Assembly: GCA_964016885.1 (NCBI GenBank)
Contig: CAXHJY010000292.1
Coordinates: 26,410 to 90,409, forward strand
From: Eledone cirrhosa
Lineage: Eukaryota
Length of the DNA stretch: 64,000 nt
Reading direction: 5' to 3'
In this document: positions 1 to 14,535 of the stretch, piece by piece
How the letters are laid out: the number at the start of each line of letters is the position of its first letter
Position numbering within the stretch: the first letter of the stretch is position 1
Translations under genes and position numbers: made by a program
The notes under the pieces: generated by a model
What the model was told of the DNA's origin: nothing
Seen by the model: only the letters and a program-made list of their open reading frames with translations
Databases searched by the model: none

Positions 1-921
1 GCAGTTTAGTACAGAATGTGGGATGTAGTAGTGAGTGATGGACTGACAGGTGTAGCTTGTCTTTTGGCACATCGTAGAGGAGGCTAAAACTACTGGAATT
101 AGGGAGCAGGGAGAGAAAATGAAACATTGGTAGCAAATGATAGCAAAAACATAATAATGATAATAATTGGACATGGTTAATGGCAGATTTTTTGGAAGTT
201 TTTATCTTTCTAATAATTTATTTAACTATTGAATTATTTTCTTTCTATCAAGAGCTTCAGCATCCTTCTTTCCTCCTTCCAAATCAACCTTGTAATTGAC
301 ATACATCTGTTAGTACTGACTTCTCCTTATCTAAACTACAGTCTAATCTTTCTGCAGACTTCACTAACACACAAGCCACACAGCTATCAATACTTTATTG
401 CAATCTCTCAAAACAGGCAGCCCACTCCACCTGTTCTGGGGTAACAATCTGAGGCCCATTCACTTTCCATGAACAATTTATTTTATTTTATTTATTTATT
501 TATTTATTTATTTTTGTTTATCTTCATCACATATGGCTATAAAGCCTCTGAAACTTGTTTTCTTTTTTTCTGCAAGATGATAGTTAATGTCACAGTGAAA
601 CGTGCTGTTTCCATGAGGGGAAGATAGAAACTATTGCAGAGTTTAGTTACAGCTTTATCAATAGGAAGCCAGGAGAGAAAGAGAGAGAAAGAAGCAGAAA
701 TCCACTATTATCATCATTTTATTTTATTTTATTTTTCAATACTAGCATATATTGGGCAAAACATTTTGGAGGCAGTATTGAATGGTTGGATATCCCTCTG
801 GATGCCAACCCATACTTTTTAAATAAGGTATTGATTGTTGCACATTGGACTGTTAGATTCTTGTTTATGTGGGATTTAAGCAATCATAACTGCTGCAACA
901 AATGTAAAACAAAAACCCCAT

Positions 922-1070
922 GCATACACACACATACACACACATATATATATATATATACACACACACATATATAAATACACACACACACATGTATACA
1001 CACACACACATATATACATACATACATACATATACACCCACCCACACACACCTACTTGTGCGTGTGTGTA
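922..1070. repeat. (CA)n/(TA)n compound microsatellite
   Basis: Visible CA/TA dinucleotide runs. Confidence 0.9.
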
Positions 1071-2559
1071 TGGTTTCATACATGTATTCTGAAGTAGAGA
1101 GAGGCAATACTCTGTGGATTGGAGGCAGATTCCTAATTTTACTGCCAATCCAATCAAAAATACAAAAACTATATAGGACACCTGCGTGAAACCATAGTAC
1201 AGATTTATTTATATGGATATCCACATACACACACAGGGGAATCTACACACGCTACGAAGTGCCTATAGAGTATATACTTAAGTGTTTATGAATGTAACCA
1301 TTCACACACAAATGCATTTTTATATACACGTATATCTATCTGTCTATCTCCTCCCTCTCTCTCTGTACATATACATATATATATATATATATATACACTC
1401 ACACATATACATATCTAGTAGGGAAAACGGATATTAAACAATGATGATGATGATGCTTGTATATTTTATATGGGGGTATGGGTGTATATAAGTGTATTTG
1501 TATGTATCTATGTATGCATTATATATAATAAACTAATTCTCAAATTCTCAAGACAATGAAAAGGAACTAGCAGGCACAGGCATGGCATATGAATATAATT
1601 TATCTTCCAATTTTATTCATATTTCTTCACTTTTATTTCATTTACATCATCTCATTCTCTCTCTGGCTAATTACCTCCATTAAAACATTACCACATGTTG
1701 CATGCGCTATATAGAGTACATGCAAAATTGGGGAAAAAACCTAAACATTTCTTAAGATTCTTTTCGCTTTTAAACAAACATGATTGTATTTAGGAAACAT
1801 AAATAGAACAGTCTCGAATATGGTTTTAATAATTCTTGAGAAATAACTATTAACTATTCAAATTTATCAAGGATAAACATGCAGCTTTTCAAAGAGTGTC
1901 ATGAATAATAATATAACCACTTTTCTTCTTAAATAAAATATAAATGAAAACTTTAATAAATTAGAAAGAACGCAACTTAGGAATAGAATTTTTATATATA
2001 TCAATATTGATCTAGTCTTTGCTAACATGGAAAAGAAAAAAACTGACATCGATTAGTGATCAATCATGATTATTTAATTAGCGATTAGTTCGTTTATTTA
2101 ATGAGGAGACACTCTCAATACTGAATCACACTATGCCAGCTAGCAAAGTAAGAGTTGCATTTGTTTTTGTTGTTTTTCTGGCAGAGGAGATCAAGTTGAA
2201 GTGAAATTAATCTTCTGTTTACTATGGATATTATATATTAAATTTCAAAGTTTCTCTTATTAGACATGCTGTGTGATTTAGAAGCATGCCTCACAATCAC
2301 ATACGTTTTAAGTCTGGCCCCTCTGCATTCCTTTTTTGTGAAGTGTTTTCTTTGGTTGATGGAAACTGTAAAGATGACTGTTGTATATAATATGCATGTG
2401 AGAGTGTGTATGAGAGAAAGGAGTGTCATATTGACACTGCTTAAAATGCAAATAGGCACACTTGTTTTGTCCCCCAGAAACAATGTTTCACACCTTTTCA
2501 GTTCAACAAATGCCAGTGAGCTATAACATACTTTAAAAATATAAAGTACAAGTTGATAT

Positions 2560-3690
2560 TAGGAAGGGCTTCAGGCCATTGAAAAACTGCCTTGAAAAGA
2601 AAAAGGAAAAGGTTTCATCCCACCTATGTTAGCATAGAAAAACAGACATAAGAATAATGACAACAACTATTTCATAGATATATATATATATATGTTAACA
2701 ACTTAGGTTCCTTCTATTAACATAGCATCTGTAATTACATATTACTACATACAAGTTGTATGATGATTGATCAGATAGAAAGTAGACAGGAAGTTCTATT
2801 TGTGGTACAGTAGTTTTTATGTTTTTTTAACAGAATCCATTGAGTGTATCTGGTTTAGAATAGATTCCTCATATCCTTGCATATCATATGATGCTACTAA
2901 AAGCATTAGCAACAGGAAGGGCATTCAGGTGTAAAACAATGCCTCAAAAAGTTCTCAAGGATGAATATGAAGCCAATCATGTCCACAAAGCTAACCCTTG
3001 CTTTAGCAGTGAAAAATGGTCTGAAAATACTTGTAGTAGTAACAGTCAACGTCCTTTCTGTTCAGTAACAGTACATCTGAAATTCCATACCACTACATAG
3101 AAGTTTTACGTTGATTGTTCAAAAAGAAAATATTAAGCAAGTTCTATTTGTGGTATGCAGAGGAGCTTTTTATTTTCTTATTTTTAACAGACCTCACTGT
3201 AATATATAGGAACATTTTTCAAGATGGTTCTGAAGAACACTCATTATGTATTCCTATCTGAGAGATTTTGTTGCCATGAAAATTAGTTAAACTAAAATTT
3301 TACATTACAGTCCTCAAAATACTTCAAACTGTTCTATTTATATTTTCTCAAATACAATCATGTTCATTTAAAACCAAAAAGAACTCTTGGCATTGAAAAA
3401 TAGACATACAATGATCATGATGAGGATGTACTCACAAACATGCATATGTACATGTATATGTAGATATACTTTTTATATATATATATATATAAATGCATTA
3501 AACTCTATGAAAGTAGTCACATTGGTGCCATGATAAAATACACACTATTCTGTAAAGTGGTTGACATAAGGAGAGGCATCCATCTGTAGAAACCATGCCA
3601 AAATAAAATGTATGTACATGATGAGGTTCCCGTCTTGTGAACCATGACAACCTATGCCAACAGGGAAGATGGATATTATATGATGATATA
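2560..3690 (+). mobile_element. Decayed SINE/RTE 3'-tail remnants (about three fragments)
   Basis: Diverged matches to the AGGAAGGGCATCCAGCTGTAGAAA tail motif of the younger RTE/SINE copies near 2560, 2913 and 3570. Confidence 0.45.
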
Positions 3691-3915
3691 TACATACACA
3701 GACTGTTTGAATAAGCCCCAATGAAATAAATGGTAGTAATAGTCAAACCAATATATAAAACATATTAGTCTACCACCAGGATTTACTTCTTTTATCAGAA
3801 AATGTTTGTTATTGAACAAACCCAAAATTAAAACACATACATTTAATGTCCATTTTCCTCTCAAGTATATATCTATCTATCTCTCTATCTCTATACACAT
3901 ACATAACTCTCCCAT

Positions 3916-3968
<53 letters not shown>

Positions 3969-4496
3969 TAGATAGATAGAGAGAGAGTTTTGGACAGTAT
4001 AAATGAAGCAATGAGACTATAGCGAGGAGGAGCTCCACTTAATGATGAGATATATTTGGTAGGAAGTATAGCACTGAAGTGTGATTCAAGCTACTGAAAT
4101 TGATGTAGAATAGATAATAGTAGGAGCTTGTATGGTACTTGGTGCAGATAAGACATTAAGAACAACAAGAAATAGATTTAATTAGCAATAAATATAAGAT
4201 TGCGGCGTGGAATATATCTAATTAATAATAGTGAGTAGAAATATGAAAGTCGTGTCTAGCAATATAAATAGCTAGTAATTGACATAATATTCTATCCATA
4301 TATCCACATGTAGATAGCTAGATAACTAGAAAGATATCTTTCTGTGTGCGTGTAAGTCTCTCTCTCTCTCTCTTTCTCTCATATATATATGTATACACAT
4401 ATGCATATATATATATATAAATATGCATATATATTTATATATATACATATGCATATATATATATACATATATATACATATACATATATACATATAT

Positions 4497-4790
4497 TATA
4501 ATGAAATGACAGGAGGCTGGATTTGTGTAAATCCTTGAAAGGTTTATTATACTATGATCATTTCAATGACCGGGTTCCGTATGAATCCGGTGATATCATC
4601 AGGTATTCGAAATATAATACGTGATTGTAATAGATAAAATCCATGGGGCTGAAAATCAAGGACCCGAGGGCGATCGCTATCCTGTACCTTCTACCTTAGC
4701 CGGTTGCCCTCGAGTGACGTGGCTAAAGCTTACAGTGTGCTACTACCGGTCAGATAGAGGCTCCATCAAGTAGTGAACCTCAAACCTGAT
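4497..4790 (-). mobile_element. Short hammerhead-bearing island (PLE pseudo-LTR or retrozyme-like) within TA array
   Basis: ~290 bp unique sequence flanked by TA arrays; minus strand has a complete hammerhead core followed by AATAAA. Confidence 0.6.
4549..4606 (-). ncRNA. Minimal type I hammerhead ribozyme
   Basis: Minus strand: ATAC-CTGATGA-[..ACCGG..CCGGT..]-GAAA-TGATCA (palindromic stem III)-TA-GTAT. Confidence 0.75.
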
Positions 4791-6732
<1,942 letters not shown>

Positions 6733-6733
<1 letters not shown>

Positions 6734-7651
6734 ATCTTTGCTCCCAAATACAGGGAGTCCTCAACCAATTCCAGCAGCTTCCCGCCTATATTAGTGATCC
6801 CCTCTGGCTTCTCAACATTCTCTACTAGATATTTTGTTTTAGTCTCATTCATTCTCAGCCCCACACTCATCGACACAGTCTCAACCTCCCGCATCAAATC
6901 CTCTGCCTCCTTCACTGTATTTGTCACCAAAACTATGTCGTCGGCAAATTCACCATCCGATACCTTTTTCGCCCTAACTCTCCTGCTCTGAGCCGGTGCT
7001 ACAGTAAAGCCAGAGTCCTGGTGTTTCTCCAGTGCAAGTTGCATACAATAGTCCACTACGATGACAAAAAAGTAGGGAGCCAATGTAGGGAGCAAAGATT
7101 GGGAATACGGAAGATGATGTGGTTGAGAGGAAGAGCAAGGCCTGGGCTGCGTGCCATAGCTTGAGATCGGTGTGGAAGTTGGACCTTCGTAGAGACCTGA
7201 AAGTCCGCCTCTTCATTGCTGTAGTGGAGTCTGTGCTGCTGTATGGGTCTGAGACTTGGACACTGACCAAGAAACTCACTCAGATGGTGGATGGGTGCTA
7301 TACGAGAATGCTGAGGATGGCTCTGAACATTAATCAGTATACACTGAGGATGAAAAACTCAGAGCTGTATGGCAGCATCCCAAAAGTCAGCTCAAAAGTG
7401 ACACAGAGGAGACTGAGGTTAGCTGGACATGCTCACCGACATCCAGAGTTGACATTGCACTCAGTACTCCTTTGGGAGCCCCTACATGGACACACTAGAA
7501 GAGGAAGACAAAGGTTAAGGTATGTTGATGCCCTCAGGACAGACACTGGTCTGTTGGAGATGCAGGACATGGCAGCGATAATGAGGGACAGAGACCGCTG
7601 GAGAGAACTCGTCCATAGATCTCGGGAATTTTACCCGCCTTAGATAGATAG

Positions 7652-7655
<4 letters not shown>
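6733..7655 (+). mobile_element. 5'-truncated RTE-type LINE (family C, ends REFYPP*) with 5' inversion
   Basis: 6733-7087 on minus encodes [12 protein letters not shown]...EFADD...YLGAKI; 7088-7643 on plus continues GAKIGNT...LLYGSETW...RRLRLAGH...REFYPP*, then a TAGA tail. Confidence 0.88.
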
Positions 7656-7717
<62 letters not shown>

Positions 7718-7776
7718 GCATACATATATATATATATATATATAAGATCAAATGATGGTTAAAGGAGTTCCATATA

Positions 7777-7843
7777 TTTTATTATGCGCATTTCAAAAAC
7801 AAACATCATCAAGCAATAATATTTGTGTTTTCATCAGATAAAA
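7777..7843 (-). ncRNA. Minimal type I hammerhead ribozyme (left PLE arm)
   Basis: Minus: TTTTAT-CTGATGA-stem II-GAAA-TGCGCA-TA-ATAAAA. Confidence 0.85.
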
Positions 7844-7939
7844 CAGGAGAACATGATATGAAGGCTAAAAAACACTTGTTGATAGTGCAGTTTTAAATCA
7901 ACATATGAAAAGTGGTTTTAGATTGATGTGTGATATTGG

Positions 7940-8345
7940 GAAAAATATTTTATTTTGAGAGGGGTGGGGGAGGATGAAAAGGGAAGGAGATGAGAGGGAG
8001 AGATGGGTGATAGAGAGAAAGAGATAGTTTTTATAACTGAGAGGAGATATATTTTTTACATAGAGGGGTTGAAAACCGTTGGAAGATACTGTATAAATTA
8101 AAAATTTTGAAAATTAACGAAGGGAGGATATGTGCGAGGAAAAAATATTTTATTTAGGGAGGGGGGGGCGATGAAAAAAAGGGGGGAGGAGATGAGAGTG
8201 AAGGTGGAGAGGGAGAGATGGGTGATAGAGAGAAAGAGATAGTTTTTATAACTGAGAAAAAGATATATTGTTTTAATATAGAGAGGTTGGGAACCGTTGG
8301 AAGATAATGTATAAATTAAAGGAATTTGAAAATTAACGAAGGGAA
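7940..8345. repeat. ~200 bp tandem duplication in PLE 3' region (mirrored at ~13965-14372)
   Basis: GGAGAGATGGGTGATAGAGAGAAAGAGATAG...AATTAACGAAGGGA occurs twice in tandem. Confidence 0.85.
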
Positions 8346-8819
8346 ATTATGTATGAAGATAGAGAGAAAAAAATAATAATTGTGGGTGAATATTCTAACG
8401 TCAAAAGAAGAAATGTATGTATTGTGGCAATTTCAAAATTAGCGAAGAGAAAAATTGTTAAGGTTTGTGTGTAGAAGGATTTGAGAAAAATAATGTGAAG
8501 TTAAAGTTTGTATATTGAATTGATATGTATTAATAATGAGTTCGTTGATGGGGAGAAAAAAAATAATAATAAATTAAGGATGAAATTGAGATTAAAAAGA
8601 TTTATGATAGAGAGAAAAAATAATAATGATTGCGGATGAATATTCAAAATGTCAAAAACAAATGTTATTATTTTACGAGAAGATAGAATGAGGGTAATGA
8701 GTAAACGAGTATTATAGAGTGTATAATGCCCTTTAAAGTAAGGTAGATGGGTATATTTTAAAGAGGTGTATGTATATGTGCCTTTGAGAAAAGATTCTAA
8801 ATTGATAAAGAATTGAATA

Positions 8820-11045
8820 TTAACTGTATACTTTGTGAAAAGTTCTATGGAATTTATGCAGGCAGATAGAAAACAAATCTGAGCGTCTATTTATTATAGA
8901 ATCTAGGTTAGAGATAATGGTAAATTTTTCATTTAGGCAGAGATTACAGATTTTAGATAGAGAGCTGTTCAAGTATGAGGATGCAGAAGAAATCTTTTTC
9001 CAAAAGATGTTATATTTAATGTTTTTGTCTTTTAAGGACCATATGAGTTCTGAGAGAGCAGTGTTAGTTCTTTTAAGTTTGTATTTGAAAGATGAATGAT
9101 GATTATAGAGACGAGCTTTAAAAGAGGTGGAAGTGGAGCCAAAATAGGTGAAGGAATTGGTGCTAGTTATAATTTTACATTCATAAATTAAGTTTTTATC
9201 GAGGCAATGGTTGTTGAGAGGACATTTATTTTTAATGCGGCAGTTGCAATTAGAGAGATTATTAATGAGTGATCTAGTGTTATCTATAGAAGGAATTGGA
9301 TTGGAGAAGTTGTTTGCGATAGGAATAATAGGAATAATAGTTTCTTGATTTAGAGTTGGATTATGAACATTTAGCGAAGTTGTGTTTGACGTTGTATTTG
9401 GGTTTACAGAAGTTAGCCTAGGGTTTACAATGACGTCGGGAGTACTATTACTGTTATTATGAAATTCAATATTGGAAGGAAGAGATTTAGTATTTAATAT
9501 TTTGTTGTTGTGTTTAGAGATGATGTTGGAAATATTGGAGGATGTAGAATACGAAAATTTGATGGTGTGTTTGTTAAATATTTTACTATAGATATGTGAG
9601 GGAGGGAAGCATTTATTTAAGGCACTAAAAAATAATTTAGGAATATTGTTATTAATAGAGATGGAGAAAGGAGCATTATACCAGATTATGTTTTTGTATC
9701 TAGGTCTTTTATTAAAATTATTGGAATGGTCATGATTAATTATTCTACTGTAAGTTTTCCTAGAACTTGTTTCTTTATTATATTTGATTTTGTCTGGATA
9801 GCCGGCTTTAGAAAGTGCGTTATTATAGTAATTGGCGTTAGCATCAAAGATGTTTTTATTAGAAGATATGTTAGATATTCTATTTCCAATATTATTAACT
9901 ATAGCATTCTTGATATTGGTAGGATGGTTAGATTTAAAGTTAACATAATTAAGATTCTCATTGTTTTTATGGTAAGGGTAATATAGGCCAGTGTCAAGAT
10001 TAAGAGATACATCCAAGAAATTAGCTAGTTTGATACTATTATCAAATTCAATTTTTAGGTTATGTTGGTTAAAGAGATTACGTATATTGTTCTTAATAAT
10101 ATTAAGTTTAACTATATTGCAATTTAGGATAGTAAAGAGTCCATCGTCACGATAAATTCCACCGCGAAGTTGAGGAATTTTCCGACTCAAAGAGTTCAAA
10201 ATGAAGATACCAATTAAATCAGTCAATTGGGATGAATCGGATGCTCCCATTGTGATGTCGAAGTTGTTAGAGGTATCGGCTCTGGTCCAATATTCGTTGT
10301 TGAACTCTAGGATGGTTTTACGTGCGGTGAGGATGATGTGAAGTTCATCTGTGGTGATGTCAGAATATTTAAGTGCGAAAGATAGAGCATTATTGAGAAG
10401 TGAAGGCGAAATGGAGGAATAGTAGCTGGCAATATCGAATTGAATAAATTTTAGTTTGTTTTTATTATCCAATTTGTTGAACCAGCCAATCACTTCAGAA
10501 GTACCAAACCATAAATTTAGGTTTAAAGAAGAGCAATTAGAACTAACCTGTGGGATAATCCTATCCAAGATGGCTTTACTAACAACCCCCAGATCAGATT
10601 TAGAGGGGGCGATTAATCTAACAGGTAGTTCAGTGCGAAAATTGTTTTTGTGATCCTTGAGATTTATCCTCGGAGTTCTTGGGAGGAATGGTTCGGTCTT
10701 TTTTTCAATGCCAAGTTTTGACATAATCTCATAGGCTTCAAGGTTTATGCATTCTAAATTTTTATGGTTGGTTTTACGATACTTTTTCCTAAGTTCCTTT
10801 AGGATAAGGTTGTTATAATTATCCTTGGAAATACCATATAGGTTATTGGTTTTGTCAGAGTGGACTAAAACATTTTTTGAGGAATTTAGGTTATAGATTG
10901 TGTTCTTGAGATTTACAAGGTGCTCTTGTCCTTTGTAAGGGTATCTCTTGAATTTAAGATTTTTTATTATTTTAGTTAATTCTTCCTCGAATTGTGCTAG
11001 ATTTTTGTTGGAAGGAGGATTTCGTCTAGAATTAAAAAGATGATC
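8820..11045 (-). CDS. PLE reverse transcriptase + GIY-YIG endonuclease, 5'-truncated
   Basis: Frame is open 107 codons upstream of the annotated Met and includes VHSDKTNNLY; motifs LKDHK, FDIASYY, TMGA, YRDDG, FLDV; C-terminal CNC..CPL..C, LIY..YFG, CNLC..EK. Confidence 0.9.
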   Translation of the reverse strand, partial: DHLFNSRRNPPSNKNLAQFEEELTKIIKNLKFKRYPYKGQEHLVNLKNTIYNLNSSKNVLVHSDKTNNLYGISKDNYNNLILKELRKKYRKTNHKNLECINLEAYEIMSKLGIEKKTEPFLPRTPRINLKDHKNNFRTELPVRLIAPSKSDLGVVSKAILDRIIPQVSSNCSSLNLNLWFGTSEVIGWFNKLDNKNKLKFIQFDIASYYSSISPSLLNNALSFALKYSDITTDELHIILTARKTILEFNNEYWTRADTSNNFDITMGASDSSQLTDLIGIFILNSLSRKIPQLRGGIYRDDGLFTILNCNIVKLNIIKNNIRNLFNQHNLKIEFDNSIKLANFLDVSLNLDTGLYYPYHKNNENLNYVNFKSNHPTNIKNAIVNNIGNRISNISSNKNIFDANANYYNNALSKAGYPDKIKYNKETSSRKTYSRIINHDHSNNFNKRPRYKNIIWYNAPFSISINNNIPKLFFSALNKCFPPSHIYSKIFNKHTIKFSYSTSSNISNIISKHNNKILNTKSLPSNIEFHNNSNSTPDVIVNPRLTSVNPNTTSNTTSLNVHNPTLNQETIIPIIPIANNFSNPIPSIDNTRSLINNLSNCNCRIKNKCPLNNHCLDKNLIYECKIITSTNSFTYFGSTSTSFKARLYNHHSSFKYKLKRTNTALSELIWSLKDKNIKYNIFWKKISSASSYLNSSLSKICNLCLNEKFTIISNLDSIINRRSDLFSICLHKFHRTFHKVYS

Positions 11046-11573
11046 AAAATTAGCGAAGAGAAAAATTGTTAAGGTTTGTTTGTAGAAGGATTTGAGAAAA
11101 ATAATGTGAAGTTAAAGTTTGTATATGTCATTGATATGTATTAATAATGAGTTCGTTGATGGGGAGAAAAAATTAATAATAAATTAAGGATGAAATTGAG
11201 ATTAAAAAGATTTATGATAGAGAGAAAAAATAATAATGATTGCGGATGAATATTCAAAATGTCAAAAACAAATGTTATTATTTTACGAGAAGATAAAATG
11301 AGAGTAATGAGTAAACGAGTATTATAGAGTGTATAATGCCCTTTAAAGTAAGGTAGATGGGTATATTTTAAAGAGGTGTATGTATATGTGCCTTTGAGAA
11401 AAGATTCTAAATTGATAAAGAATTGAATATTAACTGTATACTTTGTGAAAAGTTCTATGGAATTTATGCAGGCAGATAGAAAACAAATCTGAGCGTCTAT
11501 TTATTATAGAATCTAGGTTAGAGATAATGGTAAATTTTTCATTTAGGCAGAGATTACAGATTTTAGATAGAGA
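11044..11573 (-). repeat. Internal duplicate of PLE ORF end + 3' region (copy of 8433-8963)
   Basis: Near-identical to 8433-8963; lies in the spacer between the arms. Confidence 0.9.
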
Positions 11574-11587
11574 TAGAGTTTGAGATT

Positions 11588-13492
11588 ATGTCAAAACTTG
11601 GCATTGAAAAAAAGACCGAACCATTCCTCCCAAGAACTCCGAGGATAAATCTCAAGGATCACAAAAACAATTTTCGCACTGAACTACCTGTTAGATTAAT
11701 CGCCCCCTCTAAATCTGATCTGGGGGTTGTTAGTAAAGCCATCTTGGATAGGATTATCCCACAGGTTAGTTCTAATTGCTCTTCTTTAAACCTAAATTTA
11801 TGGTTTGGTACTTCTGAAGTGATTGGCTGGTTCAACAAATTGGATAATAAAAACAAACTAAAATTTATTCAATTCGATATTGCCAGCTACTATTCCTCCA
11901 TTTCGCCTTCACTTCTCAATAATGCTCTATCTTTCGCACTTAAATATTCTGACATCACCACAGATGAACTTCACATCATCCTCACCGCACGTAAAACCAT
12001 CCTAGAGTTCAACAACGAATATTGGACCAGAGCCGATACCTCTAACAACTTCGACATCACAATGGGAGCATCCGATTCATCCCAATTGACTGATTTAATT
12101 GGTATCTTCATTTTGAACTCTTTGAGTCGGAAAATTCCTCAACTTCGCGGTGGAATTTATCGTGACGATGGACTCTTTACTATCCTAAATTGCAATATAG
12201 TTAAACTTAATATTATTAAGAACAATATACGTAATCTCTTTAACCAACATAACCTAAAAATTGAATTTGATAATAGTATCAAACTAGCTAATTTCTTGGA
12301 TGTATCTCTTAATCTTGACACTGGCCTATATTACCCTTACCATAAAAACAATGAGAATCTTAATTATGTTAACTTTAAATCTAACCATCCTACCAATATC
12401 AAGAATGCTATAGTTAATAATATTGGAAATAGAATATCTAACATATCTTCTAATAAAAACATCTTTGATGCTAACGCCATTTACTATAATAACGCACTTT
12501 CTAAAGCCGGCTATCCAGACAAAATCAAATATAATAAAGAAACAAATTCTAGGAAAACTTACAGTAGAATAATTAATCATGACCATTCCAATAATTTTAA
12601 TAAAATACCTAGATACAAAAACATAATCTGGTATAATGCTCCTTTCTCCATCTCTATTAATAACAATATTCCTAAATTATTTTTTAGTGCCTTAAATAAA
12701 TGCTTCCCTCCCTCACATATCTATAGTAAAATATTTAACAAACACACCATCAAATTTTCGTATTCTACATCCTCCAATATTTCCAACATCATCTCTAAAC
12801 ACAACAACAAAATATTAAATACTAAATCTCTTCCTTCCAATATTGAATTTCATAATAACAGTAATAGTACTCCCGACGTCATTGTAAACCCTAGGCTAAC
12901 TTCTGTAAACCCAAATACAACGTCAAACACAACTTCGCTAAATGTTCATAATCCAACTCTAAATCAAGAAACTATTATTCCTATTATTCCTATCGCAAAC
13001 AACTTCTCCAATCCAATTCCTTCTATAGATAACACTAGATCACTCATTAATAATCTCTCTAATTGCAACTGCCGCATTAAAAATAAATGTCCTCTCAACA
13101 ACCATTGCCTCGATAAAAACTTAATTTATGAATGTAAAATTATAACTAGCACCAATTCCTTCACCTATTTTGGCTCCACTTCCACCTCTTTTAAAGCTCG
13201 TCTCTATAATCATCATTCATCTTTCAAATACAAACTTAAAAGAACTAACACTGCTCTCTCAGAACTCATATGGTCCTTAAAAGACAAAAACATTAAATAT
13301 AACATCTTTTGGAAAAAGATTTCTTCTGCATCCTCATACTTGAACAGCTCTCTATCTAAAATCTGTAATCTCTGCCTAAATGAAAAATTTACCATTATCT
13401 CTAACCTAGATTCTATAATAAATAGACGCTCAGATTTGTTTTCTATCTGCCTGCATAAATTCCATAGAACTTTTCACAAAGTATACATTTAA
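11588..13492 (+). CDS. PLE reverse transcriptase + GIY-YIG endonuclease, 5'-truncated (second arm)
   Basis: 634 aa ORF differing from the left arm at only a few residues (e.g. NANY/NAIY, KRPR/KIPR). Confidence 0.9.
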   Translation: MSKLGIEKKTEPFLPRTPRINLKDHKNNFRTELPVRLIAPSKSDLGVVSKAILDRIIPQVSSNCSSLNLNLWFGTSEVIGWFNKLDNKNKLKFIQFDIASYYSSISPSLLNNALSFALKYSDITTDELHIILTARKTILEFNNEYWTRADTSNNFDITMGASDSSQLTDLIGIFILNSLSRKIPQLRGGIYRDDGLFTILNCNIVKLNIIKNNIRNLFNQHNLKIEFDNSIKLANFLDVSLNLDTGLYYPYHKNNENLNYVNFKSNHPTNIKNAIVNNIGNRISNISSNKNIFDANAIYYNNALSKAGYPDKIKYNKETNSRKTYSRIINHDHSNNFNKIPRYKNIIWYNAPFSISINNNIPKLFFSALNKCFPPSHIYSKIFNKHTIKFSYSTSSNISNIISKHNNKILNTKSLPSNIEFHNNSNSTPDVIVNPRLTSVNPNTTSNTTSLNVHNPTLNQETIIPIIPIANNFSNPIPSIDNTRSLINNLSNCNCRIKNKCPLNNHCLDKNLIYECKIITSTNSFTYFGSTSTSFKARLYNHHSSFKYKLKRTNTALSELIWSLKDKNIKYNIFWKKISSASSYLNSSLSKICNLCLNEKFTIISNLDSIINRRSDLFSICLHKFHRTFHKVYI

Positions 13493-14468
13493 TATTCAAT
13501 TCTTTATCAATTTAGAATCTTTTCTCAAAGGCACATATACATACACCTCTTTAAAATATACCCATCTACCTTACTTTAAAGGGCATTATACACTCTATAA
13601 TACTCGTTTACTCATTACCCTCATTCTATCTTCTCGTAAAACAATAACATTTGTTTTTGACATTTTGAATATTCATCCGCAATCATTATTATTTTTTCTC
13701 TCTATCATAAATCTTTTTAATCTCAATTTCATCCTTAATTTATTATTATTTTTTTCTCCCCATCAACGAACTCATTATTAATACATATCAATTCAATATA
13801 CAAACTTTAACTTCACATTATTTTTCTCAAATCCTTCTACACACAAACCTTAACAATTTTTCTCTTCGCTAATTTTGAAATTGCCACAATACATACATTT
13901 CTTCTTTTGACGTTAGAATATTCACCCACAATTATTATTTTTTTCTCTCTATCTTCATACATAATTTCCCTTCGTTAATTTTCAAATTCCTTTAATTTAT
14001 ACATTATCTTCCAACGGTTCCCAACCTCTCTATATTAAAACAATATATCTTTTTCTCAGTTATAAAAACTATCTCTTTCTCTCTATCACCCATCTCTCCC
14101 TCTCCACCTTCACTCTCATCTCCTCCCCCCTTTTTTTCATCCTTTCCCCCCCCTCCCTAAATAAAATATTTTTTCCTCGCACATATCCTCCCTTCGTTAA
14201 TTTTCAAAATTTTTAATTTATACAGTATCTTCCAACGGTTTTCAACCCCTCTATGTAAAAAATATATCTCCTCTCAGTTATAAAAACTATCTCTTTCTCT
14301 CTATCACCCATCTCTCCCTCTCATCTCCTTCCCTTTTCATCCCCCCCCCCCTCTCTAAATAAAATATTTTTCCCAATATCACACATCAATCTAAAACCAC
14401 TTTTCATATGTTGATTTAAAACTGCACTATCAACAAGTGTTTTTTAGCCTTCATATCATGTTCTCCTG

Positions 14469-14535
14469 TTTTATCTGATGAAAACACAAATATTATTGCT
14501 TGATGATGTTTGTTTTTGAAATGCGCATCATAAAA
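14469..14535 (+). ncRNA. Minimal type I hammerhead ribozyme (right PLE arm)
   Basis: TTTTAT-CTGATGA-AAACACAAATATTATTGCTTGATGATGTTTGTTTTT-GAAA-TGCGCA-TC-ATAAAA; 6 bp stem I, palindromic stem III, AUC cleavage triplet. Confidence 0.88.
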
